Positions 19,948 through 30,345 of a stretch of 59,846 nt of DNA are shown here, piece by piece. The notes under the pieces were generated by a model. That model made no database searches. It was not told the origin of the DNA and saw only the letters and a list, made by a program, of their open reading frames with translations. Both the position numbers and the translations under genes were made by a program. This stretch comes from Bacteriovoracaceae bacterium (GTDB lineage Bacteria > Bdellovibrionota > Bacteriovoracia > Bacteriovoracales > Bacteriovoracaceae). Position 1 is the first letter of the stretch; each line of letters opens with the position of its first letter. The stretch lies in assembly GCA_041586955.1 (NCBI GenBank), contig JBFGZE010000010.1:1-59846 (forward strand), written 5' to 3'.

Positions 19948-20176
19948 TCTGGCGAACATAGTGAATGGATGAAGAAGGTTACGTTAATCGTGGCCGCTGG
20001 CCTAGGTCTTGTGACAAATTTACCGGTAGTTTGTTAATCGTCAAAAAAAGACCAATCAATACCGGTTACTAAAAAAGCGACAAAGTAAATTTTAGAATAT
20101 ATTAACGCTCGACAATTTCCCCAAACTGGGGAGGAATAAGGCGAAGAAAAGTATAAGCGCCAAAAAGGAATGACAT

Positions 20177-21508
20177 ATGAATATAGGAACAATCAATTAT
20201 CGCCAACGCCGCAATCAATTGGCCAAACTCCTAAATGGTGGAGTCGCTGTGATTCATGCCTTTGACCATCAAGTTCGCAGCCACGACACGGAATTCCCCT
20301 ATCGCGTAAACTCTGATTTTAAATACCTTTGTGGGGCAGAAGAGCCTCAGGGTTGGTTGGTTATTGAAGATCGTGGTGGTGTCGCCCACAGCACCCTTTT
20401 TGTGCGTCCTAAAGATGCCAAGATGGAGTTATGGACAGGCCGTCGGTTAGGAGTTGAAAAGGCCGCTCAAGTTTTTGAAATGGACGCCTGTTATGCTATT
20501 GACCAATTTAGTGAAATCTTACCAGATTTAATCGCAGATCATGAGACCCTCTTTGCTGATTTTTATGATCAAAGTATTCAACAATCGGTATTGCCCATTA
20601 TGCAAGGCCTTGGTAACCGCCGAAAAAATAAAACCAAAACACCCCATAAAATCAATCATATTCGTGGGCCTTTGGGCCATATGCGCCTCATAAAATGCCC
20701 AGCAGAAATTGCAGCGATCGACACCGCCGCCATCGCGACCTCCTTTGGTCACCAGGGGGCCATGGCGATGGCCAAAGATGGTCTCAATGAGCGCGACATC
20801 TTGAGCTTTATGGAGTATTTATTCGCTCGTAAAGGTTGTACTCATACCGCCTATGGAAGCATTGTTGCTGGTGGTGATAATGCTCTCATTCTCCATTACG
20901 TCGAAAATGATGCCCCTTTAAAGGATGGCGAACTCATTCTCATTGACGCCGGTGCAGAATTTGACTGTTACGCCTCAGATGTCACACGTACCTTTCCCGT
21001 TGGAGGTAGCTTTACTTCCGCTCAAAAAGATATTTATCAATTAGTTCTCAATGCTCAAAAGGACGCCATGGCCTTGGCCGTCCCCGGGAATTCATTGGCG
21101 CAGCTTCATAAGAAAGCACAAGAGACCCTATTAAAAGGACTTCTAGACCTCAACATTCTCAAGGGGACAATGGACGAGCACCAAGAAAAGAACACGCTCC
21201 AAAATTATTATCCCCATGGTACCGGCCATTGGCTCGGTCTCGACGTTCACGATATGTGCCCATATTATAATGATCAAAGTGAAGATATTCTTTTTAAAGA
21301 GGGAATGATTTTTACTATTGAACCAGGGTTATATTTTCAAACTTATCAATCAGAAATCCCCAAGGAATATGCCCATATTGGTATTCGTATTGAGGATGAT
21401 ATTTTAATTACTAAAGATTCCCATCGCAATTTAACCGCAATGATCCCTAAAGAAATTAAAGAAGTGGAGGAAGCATGTCAAAAAGATATCTCATCCTTTT
21501 ATATTTAA
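20177..21508 (+). CDS. pepP: Xaa-Pro aminopeptidase (M24B)
   Basis: RSHDTEFPYR, LHYVEND, IDAGAE, YASDVTRTFP, HGTGHWLGLDVHD, TIEPGLY, GIRIEDD. Confidence 0.95.
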   Translation: MNIGTINYRQRRNQLAKLLNGGVAVIHAFDHQVRSHDTEFPYRVNSDFKYLCGAEEPQGWLVIEDRGGVAHSTLFVRPKDAKMELWTGRRLGVEKAAQVFEMDACYAIDQFSEILPDLIADHETLFADFYDQSIQQSVLPIMQGLGNRRKNKTKTPHKINHIRGPLGHMRLIKCPAEIAAIDTAAIATSFGHQGAMAMAKDGLNERDILSFMEYLFARKGCTHTAYGSIVAGGDNALILHYVENDAPLKDGELILIDAGAEFDCYASDVTRTFPVGGSFTSAQKDIYQLVLNAQKDAMALAVPGNSLAQLHKKAQETLLKGLLDLNILKGTMDEHQEKNTLQNYYPHGTGHWLGLDVHDMCPYYNDQSEDILFKEGMIFTIEPGLYFQTYQSEIPKEYAHIGIRIEDDILITKDSHRNLTAMIPKEIKEVEEACQKDISSFYI

Positions 21509-21996
21509 CGTTTCTCGGCCTAAGTACTTCAACTTGGGCCTATGACTTCGTCATCAAGGACCCAAGCTGTAAACTGCGCTGGGATAAATTAGGCCATCAA
21601 GATCTCGATCAACATATGAAGGATGCTCTTGTTAAAAAAGGTTATACCCCTATTCCTTTCGCCAAACGAGGCCGCCTCTTTGCTAACGACCTCTATTTAA
21701 AACATGAGATAAAGCGCTTGGCCGAACGAGACGTGGTCAAAAGACGAGTGACAAAAGGAGTTCTTTCCGAGAAGAAAACTGGGACAAAGAAACTTCTTTA
21801 TAAGATTTGCCAATTTTCCTTTAGCTTGCAAAAGGCCAAGTCGACCGTTCCCACCTCAAAGGATCCTCTCCTGGTTCAAAAAGAAACCCAGCGATCAGTC
21901 CCTCGAGTCACTTTTGATGGTGATGAGCGCTGTCAACGTGCTATTTCAGATGCCTTTGTACACCTCCCCCGCTGTCTCAAGGTCAATCTTGAATAA
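21475..21996 (+). CDS. Secreted basic hypothetical protein
   Basis: Signal peptide ending TWA; GGAGG RBS; four Cys. Confidence 0.7.
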   Translation: MSKRYLILLYLTFLGLSTSTWAYDFVIKDPSCKLRWDKLGHQDLDQHMKDALVKKGYTPIPFAKRGRLFANDLYLKHEIKRLAERDVVKRRVTKGVLSEKKTGTKKLLYKICQFSFSLQKAKSTVPTSKDPLLVQKETQRSVPRVTFDGDERCQRAISDAFVHLPRCLKVNLE

Positions 21997-22061
21997 AGTT
22001 TGCATATTTTTCTCATCATTTGAGAACGCTACGGTATTAATTAGATCAATTATAAGAAAGT

Positions 22062-22541
22062 ATGGACGAAAAATTACTCAAGCTCATTAGTATATTCAAC
22101 CAAACCTTTGATGATACAATCTTGGTGGCAGGGGGAGAAGAGCCCCTCTACCTACCAAAAACTAAAAAACTCAATCATTGCCAATTAATTTTTAGAAGTC
22201 ATTACTTTTCAAGTGCCTTGCATGAAATTTCACATTGGTGTATCGCAGGTAGTGAAAGACGAAAGTTAGTCGATTTTGGCTATTGGTATCACCCAGATGG
22301 AAGAACAAAAGAGCAACAAAAAAAATTTGAAGTTGTTGAAATCAAACCTCAGGCCCTTGAGTGGATATTCTCTGATGCCTTTGGCCATCATTTTAACTTT
22401 AGTTATGACAATTTAGACAATGGTATTTCTTCGAACCCAAGTTTTGAAAATGCTGTCAAAGAACAAAAAGAATATTATCTTAACAATGGTCTGCCCAAGC
22501 GTGCCCAGATGCTCATTGATCAATGGCCAATGGCCAATTAG
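22062..22541 (+). CDS. epmC: Elongation factor P hydroxylase
   Basis: EEPLYLP, SALHEISHWCIAG, DFGYWYHPDGR, FEVVEIKPQALEW. Confidence 0.92.
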   Translation: MDEKLLKLISIFNQTFDDTILVAGGEEPLYLPKTKKLNHCQLIFRSHYFSSALHEISHWCIAGSERRKLVDFGYWYHPDGRTKEQQKKFEVVEIKPQALEWIFSDAFGHHFNFSYDNLDNGISSNPSFENAVKEQKEYYLNNGLPKRAQMLIDQWPMAN

Positions 22542-22557
22542 CTCGGAGGATTAAGAC

Positions 22558-22860
22558 ATGAAATTACTGATATCAGCGTTTCTATCGACCTTGACCTTAT
22601 CCATAATGGCCCTCGAAGTACCGCGACAATATCAAATTTGCCAAAAACCACGAGATTGTATCATTGGTAAAGGCGATATTTGTGGTTGTCTGGCCGGTGG
22701 AACAGGCGTCCCCCTCAACCGACTTTACGCCGAGGATCGGCGCCAAGACCTTATCAGAAACTCCCAAAGCGGTATCATATGTGCCCAGGTGATTTCAAAT
22801 CATAAAACCTGTACCACAAAAACGACCTGCCTTAAAAATCGTTGTGTTTATAAAAAGTAA
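22558..22860 (+). CDS. Small secreted Cys-rich protein
   Basis: GGAGG RBS; signal peptide; 8 Cys including CGC. Confidence 0.75.
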   Translation: MKLLISAFLSTLTLSIMALEVPRQYQICQKPRDCIIGKGDICGCLAGGTGVPLNRLYAEDRRQDLIRNSQSGIICAQVISNHKTCTTKTTCLKNRCVYKK

Positions 22861-22875
22861 ATCGCCTGACTCGCG

Positions 22876-23907
22876 TTAATTGGGACGATAAACAAGAAAG
22901 GCCATAATCGCCTTGATAGGAGGTAATTGCGCCTCAATATGAGCTGCCGGCACGTCAAATGTTTTGATTAATTCCGATACAATATTATCTAAATAGGTCT
23001 CGGCCTTTTGAACATGATCAAGCGCTTTTTGTTGAATGCTAGAGATTGCTTTTTGAAAGTCCTCTCCCTGAACATTTAATTCGGCCTGTGTTAATTCATT
23101 ATTTTGATAGGCCTGCATTAGGCCCTTATTACTTTTGAGGAATTCATAAGTGACAGAATTTAATTGACCGTTCTTCAGATCAATCCCCATTTCCTTTTCA
23201 CCGGGACCGACAAAGTCCAAAACATCATCTTGGTATTGAAATGCCAGCCCTAAATTCAAACCAAACTTCTGTGCCACTTCAATCAAAGAGTCCATTCTCG
23301 CCAATATCACCGGGGCCATGGCGCACCAAGACATCACACTCGCGGTTTTACAAAGAGCGATTTGCTCTATCAGCTCAGGTGTATAATTGCGGTGGGTAAT
23401 CGCATCGGATTGGAGCCACTCACCTTCTGCTAATTTTTTTATAATCAAGGACATTTCTTGAACTAAATGAGTGTTCCCAGTTTCACAAAGTCGCACGATC
23501 ACATGGCTTAGTAGATAGTCACCGGCCAAAACCGCTTTCTTATTTCCCACCACCGCATTGATAGAGGGCCGGCCACGGCGAATGTCCGCTTCATCAACAA
23601 CATCATCATGGGCCAAAGAGGCGGCATGCACCCACTCAATACTTTCAGCAATAATATCAAGAGACGGGTCAGTCACATTAAAGAGACGCGCCATCAAAAG
23701 TGTTAACATAGGCCGTAAGCGTTTACCGCCACGCGCCACTGTTGTATTGAGGATGTCATTAATGACTCCATTACAATATGGAGATTGAGACCTAACCTGG
23801 TATTGAGCTACCCTTTCAAGTACTTCAGCTGGAATTTTTGCCATGACATCAAGAGGACCCATGACTATACGCACCTTTTTTGTTGAGATTACAACAGGTT
23901 GTAACAT
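22876..23907 (-). CDS. ispB: Polyprenyl diphosphate synthase (IspB-like)
   Basis: GGKRLRP, HDDVVDEADIRRG, GNKKAVLAGD, KTAS, QDDVLD; divergent from the men operon. Confidence 0.88.
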   Translation of the reverse strand: MLQPVVISTKKVRIVMGPLDVMAKIPAEVLERVAQYQVRSQSPYCNGVINDILNTTVARGGKRLRPMLTLLMARLFNVTDPSLDIIAESIEWVHAASLAHDDVVDEADIRRGRPSINAVVGNKKAVLAGDYLLSHVIVRLCETGNTHLVQEMSLIIKKLAEGEWLQSDAITHRNYTPELIEQIALCKTASVMSWCAMAPVILARMDSLIEVAQKFGLNLGLAFQYQDDVLDFVGPGEKEMGIDLKNGQLNSVTYEFLKSNKGLMQAYQNNELTQAELNVQGEDFQKAISSIQQKALDHVQKAETYLDNIVSELIKTFDVPAAHIEAQLPPIKAIMAFLVYRPN

Positions 23908-24038
23908 GCTCACCCTTTCTGGTCAATTTACAATTATGGTCAGAAAGCAGCTTAATAACCTGAAAATTAAGCCTCTTAGCTTGATATAAAGCAAAAAAAA
24001 GATTAAAAGGCCAGTAACAATAAAGAAAGAGGAAAAAG

Positions 24039-24758
24039 ATGGCGCAGACGGCAGATTTACCCAATCGCAAAAAACAATCCTTCAAGATTTTCGACGAAAT
24101 CGCAAAGACTTACGATCTCTTAAATCATACCCTATCCTTTGGCATTGATATTTATTGGCGCTGGCGTCTTCGCCAAAAACTTCCTGAAGGTATCCCACTT
24201 AATGTTTTGGACCTGGCCACGGGAACAGGAGATGTTGCTATCTCTTTAACAAAATCCAAACGTGTTGGAAAAGTTCTCGGAATGGACTTATCAACCGGGA
24301 TGATGGAAGTGGGGAAAAAGAAGGTTTCCAAAAAAGGCCTGACCCAAAAAATTAGTTTTCAAGTTGGTGATGGCAACCTTTTACCTTTAGATGACGCACG
24401 CTTTAATGCCGTGACCTTATCATTTGGTATCCGTAATTTTTCAAATCCCCAAAAATCCTTAACAGAGATTCATCGCGTTCTTAGACCTGGTGGCCGTGCT
24501 CTTATCATGGAATTTGGTCTACCCAAAAATATCTTCATCCGTCTACCTTACTTATTTTACTTCCGCCATTTATTACCGGCCATTGGTAAAATCGTCTCGA
24601 AACACACGGATGCTTATGATTATCTCAATAAAACGGTAGAGGATTTCCCTTACGGTGATGATTTTGCGAATTGGATGAAAGAGGCCGGTTTTCAAAATGT
24701 TCAGGCCATTCCTCTTACTGCCGGAATTAATTATCTCTATATAGGAGATAAGGCTTGA
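24039..24758 (+). CDS. menG: Demethylmenaquinone methyltransferase (MenG/UbiE)
   Basis: FDEIAKTYDLLNHTLSFGID, LDLATGTGD, SFGIRN, RVLRPGG. Confidence 0.93.
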   Translation: MAQTADLPNRKKQSFKIFDEIAKTYDLLNHTLSFGIDIYWRWRLRQKLPEGIPLNVLDLATGTGDVAISLTKSKRVGKVLGMDLSTGMMEVGKKKVSKKGLTQKISFQVGDGNLLPLDDARFNAVTLSFGIRNFSNPQKSLTEIHRVLRPGGRALIMEFGLPKNIFIRLPYLFYFRHLLPAIGKIVSKHTDAYDYLNKTVEDFPYGDDFANWMKEAGFQNVQAIPLTAGINYLYIGDKA

Positions 24759-26014
24759 AGCAAATGGATTTTGTCATTAATCCGCAAAAGACACCTACGC
24801 CTAGACAGTACGGGGAAATTTTTCTCATCCATAAAACTTTGTCATCAGAGGGACTAAATCCTTCAAATTTATTAAACACTCTTACGCATGAAGATATTTA
24901 TTGGCATTTTCAGGGAAGAGACCAAGAGCTTATTGGTGTTGGCGATTTATTAAAATTGCATCCCATCAAAGATGAAGAGAAAATAAAACTTCTACAGGAC
25001 CAATGCCCACAATTGAAGGCCTTAATATGGGCCCCATTTGAACAAGAGGATTGGGATAGAGATCTTATTTATTTAATCCCAAAGCACCTTTTCGTATTTG
25101 CCGAGGAAAGAGTTGACCTTTATCAATTTTCGCTCGAACCAAATAATTTTGAAAAACTGTACTTACAAGCACCAAAGTCCGCCTCCTCAAAAAAGATACT
25201 TATTGGGACTAAGCAAACACCAATATTTGCTAAATGGGACCAGCAAATCCACCAAGCAAAGGAACTTTTCCGCACAGAGAAGCTCAAAAAAGTCATTCTC
25301 AGTGGACGAAGCGAATTTTATTTCGATCAAGAAATTAACGCCACAGAATTGTATACACAAATAAAAGATTCAATTAGGTCCACGTACTCTATATTTCTTC
25401 ATAAACAAGGTAAAAGCTTTATTTCCTTTAGCCCAGAAACCTTATTTCATTGGCGCCAACAAATTCTTTCAATAGACGTTTTGGCAGGAACCAGAGCAAG
25501 AGGAAAAACGCCGGAAGAAGATCTTAATTTGGAAATGGAATTATTATCTGACCCCAAAGAAATTAAAGAACACCAATGGGTCATTGACTCGATTGAAGGC
25601 CCACTCAAAGAGATGAACCTTGTCCCTGAGTTTAAATTTCACCATCATGTCAAAAAGTTAAACCACGTCCAACATATTCACGGCCAATTATTCGCCCATT
25701 GCCCTGATAACCCATTGGTACAAGGACTATTAAATCTGCACCCAACAGGCGCGATTGGAGGTTTCCCCAAGGCCCAGGCAGTCGCCGCCATACAATCGTT
25801 AGAAAGTGAAAAACGAGGGCCCTATTGCGGTGTTTTGGGTATTGCCAGCAAAGACGATATTGATATTTCAGTTAATATAAGATGCGCCTCAATTATCGAC
25901 AATTGTCTCTGCGCCTACGCCGGAGCGGGAATCGTCGAGGACTCTGAAAGTGAGAAGGAATGGAAGGAAATCCACCACAAAATGGAAAATTTTCGCAGCT
26001 TCCTCATACAATAA
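24755..26014 (+). CDS. menF: Isochorismate synthase
   Basis: KKVILS, SPETL, LAGTRARG, KEIKEH, LHPTGAIGG, RGPYCG, YAGAGIV; men operon context. Confidence 0.88.
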   Translation: MKQMDFVINPQKTPTPRQYGEIFLIHKTLSSEGLNPSNLLNTLTHEDIYWHFQGRDQELIGVGDLLKLHPIKDEEKIKLLQDQCPQLKALIWAPFEQEDWDRDLIYLIPKHLFVFAEERVDLYQFSLEPNNFEKLYLQAPKSASSKKILIGTKQTPIFAKWDQQIHQAKELFRTEKLKKVILSGRSEFYFDQEINATELYTQIKDSIRSTYSIFLHKQGKSFISFSPETLFHWRQQILSIDVLAGTRARGKTPEEDLNLEMELLSDPKEIKEHQWVIDSIEGPLKEMNLVPEFKFHHHVKKLNHVQHIHGQLFAHCPDNPLVQGLLNLHPTGAIGGFPKAQAVAAIQSLESEKRGPYCGVLGIASKDDIDISVNIRCASIIDNCLCAYAGAGIVEDSESEKEWKEIHHKMENFRSFLIQ

Positions 26015-27696
26015 CTGACCTTAATCTTTTTTGGTCTTATGTTATAGGTAAGCGTTTATACTCCCATGGAGTGCAGGACTGGATCATATGCCCAGGTATG
26101 AGAAATGCGCCTTTTATCAAGGCACTCTGTTCATTGCCAGAATTAAACCTTAAGTCGATCGTAGATGAGCGTAGTGCTGGTATGATGGCCTTGGGTTTGG
26201 CCAAGAAAAAACAAACTCCTGTTGGTCTCGTCTGCACCTCAGGTACCGCTCTCTCTCATTATTTTCCGGCCATCATAGAGGCCTATAAAACACAAATTCC
26301 TCTTGTTATCGTATCAGCAGACCGACCCATTGAGTTAATTAAGGGTAATGCCAACCAAACGATCTATCAAAATTCCTTTTATGGGTCATATGTTTACGAG
26401 TCTCTTAATCTATCGGCACCTAATGAACAATTAAGTGCCATTCAATTACAAGGCCTAATAGACCAGGCCGCTTGTCAATTACAGCATAATAAATTACCAA
26501 TCCATATTAATTTGCCATTTAGAGAACCGCTAGATGGGACAGGTCCACTTTGTGACCCACGGCAATTCTCTAGTGGTGATAATAAGTTGATTACCCAGAA
26601 TAAAAGGCGCGAGCGCTCGCAAATGACCTCTTTACCCGCATGGCAGGACTCCCTAAACCCGCTATTGGTGGTGGGGGAAATACATCCCTGGACAGAATTA
26701 AAGGCGCTTAAATCTTATATCGAACAATATACCGGCGCCTGCTTTTTAGATGTCTCATCTCGTCTTAAATATGATTTCTCCCTAGAAGATCAACTCGTTC
26801 CAAGCTTTGACCACGGTGAAGTTTTTAGATATTTCACCGAAAATCCACCAGACTGTATTCTCCATATCGGTGGCGGTCTTATCTCGAAACATTATTATCG
26901 TTTCCTTCAGGAAAACCCGCTTATTCCTGTCATTCAAATTAATGACTCTCACCTGCATCAGGACCCCGCCCTACGAGGAAATCTTATTATCAAGGAGGAC
27001 CCCCATCTCTGGGCCGGTCACGCCCTTGAGCAAAATGTTTTCCCACAAGGTCTAGAATTGAAACATGGGCCATGGCCTGAGTTTACACAGACCAAGGCAC
27101 AATTAATTAATAACTCAGAACTGATTTCAACTCCCTCACTTTCCAAAATGGCGATTGAATTATTACCTGAGGCGGCCCATGTTTTCATTGGCAATAGCAC
27201 CCTCATTCGCGCCTTTGATAATTTCATTCATCCTAAACTGAAAAAAAACTTACATATTTTCACACAAAGAGGCGTCAGTGGAATTGAAGGTAATTTATCA
27301 CACGCCTATGGCATTGCCTCGGAGGCACTTTCGCCCACTTATGTATTCTTAGGCGATATAAGCACCATCCATGACTTTAATTTCTTTTTTGAGTTGGCGA
27401 AGAACCCTATCCCCATGACAATTGTCATCGCCAATAACCAAGGTGGCGGAATTTTTAATTTGCTTCACATTAAAAATGGCAAGCAAATCATTCCCTTTCT
27501 CACAACTCCTCATCAAATGGTTTTTACACCAATTCTAGAGGCGATGGGCCTATCGTCCACAATTGTCAGTACTAACCTGGAGCTAAAAAAGGAACTATGC
27601 CGCCCACCGCGTCCAACCCCACAAATAATTGAGGCCATTATCGATGATGAATTTAACCAAAAAATGTACCATCAATTAAAAACCATCCGTCCCTAA
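25960..27696 (+). CDS. menD: SEPHCHC synthase
   Basis: CPGMRNAP, DERSAG, CTSGTA, ADRP, HINLPFREPL, RGVSGIEG, GDIS..HD, NNQGGGIF. Confidence 0.94.
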   Translation: MEGNPPQNGKFSQLPHTITDLNLFWSYVIGKRLYSHGVQDWIICPGMRNAPFIKALCSLPELNLKSIVDERSAGMMALGLAKKKQTPVGLVCTSGTALSHYFPAIIEAYKTQIPLVIVSADRPIELIKGNANQTIYQNSFYGSYVYESLNLSAPNEQLSAIQLQGLIDQAACQLQHNKLPIHINLPFREPLDGTGPLCDPRQFSSGDNKLITQNKRRERSQMTSLPAWQDSLNPLLVVGEIHPWTELKALKSYIEQYTGACFLDVSSRLKYDFSLEDQLVPSFDHGEVFRYFTENPPDCILHIGGGLISKHYYRFLQENPLIPVIQINDSHLHQDPALRGNLIIKEDPHLWAGHALEQNVFPQGLELKHGPWPEFTQTKAQLINNSELISTPSLSKMAIELLPEAAHVFIGNSTLIRAFDNFIHPKLKKNLHIFTQRGVSGIEGNLSHAYGIASEALSPTYVFLGDISTIHDFNFFFELAKNPIPMTIVIANNQGGGIFNLLHIKNGKQIIPFLTTPHQMVFTPILEAMGLSSTIVSTNLELKKELCRPPRPTPQIIEAIIDDEFNQKMYHQLKTIRP

Positions 27697-27705
27697 AGGA
27701 GTTTT

Positions 27706-28587
27706 ATGAATCAAGAGCGCTCTTTATTACCGCTTTATATCCAGGCCATACGGCCACGAACTCTCCTTGCCAGTGTTGGGCCAGTCACCCTTGCCCTGGC
27801 CTATTCCTATAAACTCTTTCACACTCTAAATTTTATTAATGCGGCGCTCTGTCTTTTTTGTGCCGTCCTTTTGCAAATATCATCAAACCTCATCAACGAT
27901 TATTTTGATGGAATCAAAGGAACCGACCTTGAACGTCAAGGTCCCAAAAGGGTTACCGCCAGTGGTGACCTCTCCCCAAAACAAGTTAAGGTAGCTTTTA
28001 TTATAACAATGAGTCTCAGCTTCCTATTTGGGATGGCCTTAATTATCGACGGTGGTTTGACCATTTTGATCCTTGGCCTTGTTTGTATGCTATTTGCCTA
28101 CCTCTATACCGGCGGACCTTTTCCCTTAAGCTATTTGGCCTTGGGAGAAATATTGGCACTCGTCTTTTTTGGACCTATTCCGGTCTGGGGGACGGTCTTT
28201 TTGCAAAATCAAGAATTTCAAGGGGATGCTCTTTATTTAGGTCTTATTCCCGGTTGCCTGTCTTGGTCCATTATGGCGGTCAACAATCTCAGGGATCGAC
28301 AAACAGATAAAAAGGCCGGCAAAGTAACCTTGGCCAACTCCAACCCTGAAATGATGGCGCGTTTTATCCCTATGATGGGAATCATTGGGTGCCTCATGGT
28401 CAGTGTCTTCTTCTTTAAGCATTTTACTGTTGCTTTGATATTATTGGCACTTCTATTTTATCCGACATGGTTGAGAATCCTTGCAGGGCCGATTGATCAA
28501 GGACTCAACGCCTGCCTTGGGCAAACCGCAAAATTCCTCTTTCTCATCTGCTTGTTAAGCGCTGGTCTATTTTTATGGATGCCTTAA
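27706..28587 (+). CDS. menA: DHNA polyprenyltransferase
   Basis: AIRPRTL, NLINDYFD..KGTD, YTGGPFPLSY, VNNLRD..TDKKAGKVTLA. Confidence 0.94.
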   Translation: MNQERSLLPLYIQAIRPRTLLASVGPVTLALAYSYKLFHTLNFINAALCLFCAVLLQISSNLINDYFDGIKGTDLERQGPKRVTASGDLSPKQVKVAFIITMSLSFLFGMALIIDGGLTILILGLVCMLFAYLYTGGPFPLSYLALGEILALVFFGPIPVWGTVFLQNQEFQGDALYLGLIPGCLSWSIMAVNNLRDRQTDKKAGKVTLANSNPEMMARFIPMMGIIGCLMVSVFFFKHFTVALILLALLFYPTWLRILAGPIDQGLNACLGQTAKFLFLICLLSAGLFLWMP

Positions 28588-29564
28588 AACTTAAACGTTT
28601 TTTTCTCGCACCATTGACTCTAAATTTCAAACGCCCCCTGGTTTTTAAAGGCCATGTTTGTTATGCCAAACACTCCATTCTCATCCGCCTTGAATTTGAG
28701 AATCATACTGTTTGGTGGAATGAATGCTCCTTATTGCCCTATTATTCCCAGTTCACCCAACAGGATATAAAAACCCAGGCGAAAAGCTTTCTATCCCCCT
28801 TAATTGGCGAAACTCTGTATTTTAGCGATAAAAGCAGTCGCTTCTCCTTGGCCAAGCTTTTTCCGCAATTTAAAAACTTAGCTCCTGAACTTCAATTGGC
28901 ACTCACTGCCCTATGGGATGGCCCTTTTTCAAATATCAAAAAGACGAATCAAACGATTTTAAAAAATGGCCTGCTAAATGATATCCTCCAATGGAATCAA
29001 GAAATGCCCCAATTATTATCGGATTATGGCAATGTCGTAAAAATTAAGATTGGCCGGCAAAAACTTAATTTAGAGGCCAAAATCATAAAGCAACTCCTAA
29101 CAACATACCCCCAATTACAATTACGCCTTGATGCCAACCAATCTCTTAGTATCAATGAGCTTGAACAATTCGCGCTATCATTAGGCGATCACCTTGGGCA
29201 AGTCCAATACTTTGAAGAACCATTAACTAGGCCGGAAGACTATCAACAACTCTCCAGTGCGATTCCTATTGGGTTGGATGAAAGCCTAGACCCTTTTTCT
29301 GTCGGTAAATGGGTCACGAAAGCGGTTAAGGCCTTCGTTATCAAGCCTAATTTCTGGGGTGATATGAGCACAGTTCTAGAAGCTCGTCACTTTGCCAATC
29401 AAAATGGTATTCGTTGTGTTCTATCATCAGCTTATGAAGGTCCACAATTAATGAATTCGCTGGAAAATTGGGCCATGGAATTTTTCCCAAAGGAGCACCA
29501 TGGCCTTGATACGATGAAATATTTAGATCTCTGTAATTACCCTACTTCTTCTTTTTCTTCTTAG
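28575..29564 (+). CDS. menC: o-succinylbenzoate synthase
   Basis: KIKIG, LRLDAN, FEEP, LDES, IKP, SSAYE, HGLDT enolase-superfamily motifs. Confidence 0.9.
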   Translation: MDALKLKRFFLAPLTLNFKRPLVFKGHVCYAKHSILIRLEFENHTVWWNECSLLPYYSQFTQQDIKTQAKSFLSPLIGETLYFSDKSSRFSLAKLFPQFKNLAPELQLALTALWDGPFSNIKKTNQTILKNGLLNDILQWNQEMPQLLSDYGNVVKIKIGRQKLNLEAKIIKQLLTTYPQLQLRLDANQSLSINELEQFALSLGDHLGQVQYFEEPLTRPEDYQQLSSAIPIGLDESLDPFSVGKWVTKAVKAFVIKPNFWGDMSTVLEARHFANQNGIRCVLSSAYEGPQLMNSLENWAMEFFPKEHHGLDTMKYLDLCNYPTSSFSS

Positions 29565-30282
29565 TACCTTTCTTACCTCTTTTCTTCATAATGATAATGG
29601 CAACGGCCGCGATAATAATAATATAAAAATAGGTGTCACCACTTCCAGACTTCTGGCCCTTTTTACTAGCTTCACGAGTTCCTATACCAAAGTTTTCATC
29701 AACTTGTGGAATGAAAGTAGTATCGCCAATCAAATCCTCTGTAGAAGTTTTAATCTGAAACTTATCAGCATCTATTTGCTTTTGCCGAAAAACATTCAAG
29801 GTGGCAATGACATTATCAAATACCTTCTGATAAGAACTATAATGATCCTTGGACACTGAAAAAGTCACAGCGATACCAAGGTCTTCTTTGACGGTCGCAA
29901 GATAGCGAGTGTAGAACCCTGGAACCTCTGAGGCCATATGAAGGGCATCGACCCAGCGATGGCCTTTGATCTCGTTAACCTTTGAGTATTTTGCCTCAGA
30001 GACTTGAGTTTTTCCTCCGGGCAAAGAAAAAGTTTTTGGCTTTTTTAAATAGGCCTTATACTCACCAAGATCATCACTCGGCCCACGAATCTTAGCGGCC
30101 ATGATAATGATCGCTTCACGCTTACGGCCTTTATTACTACTTTGACAGACCCATTCCGTACCCTCTAGGGCACATTCCCAATTGGGAGGTAATTGAAATT
30201 CAGCGTATTGAGAAGCAAAGCGCTTGGCCAAGAGATTAGAATTTAAAAATAATACACAGATTAGAGCAATTATGTTCTTCAT
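29542..30282 (-). CDS. Exported hypothetical protein with C-terminal TM anchor and Lys-rich tail
   Basis: Signal peptide; C-terminal YIIIIAAVAIII followed by KKRGKKGTKKKKKK. Confidence 0.8.
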   Translation of the reverse strand: MKNIIALICVLFLNSNLLAKRFASQYAEFQLPPNWECALEGTEWVCQSSNKGRKREAIIIMAAKIRGPSDDLGEYKAYLKKPKTFSLPGGKTQVSEAKYSKVNEIKGHRWVDALHMASEVPGFYTRYLATVKEDLGIAVTFSVSKDHYSSYQKVFDNVIATLNVFRQKQIDADKFQIKTSTEDLIGDTTFIPQVDENFGIGTREASKKGQKSGSGDTYFYIIIIAAVAIIIMKKRGKKGTKKKKKK

Positions 30283-30345
30283 TAAATATCCTCACATTTG
30301 TTTTCATTTTAACAAAGAATAAGTAAAGTCCCAAGCTCTGGTTAA

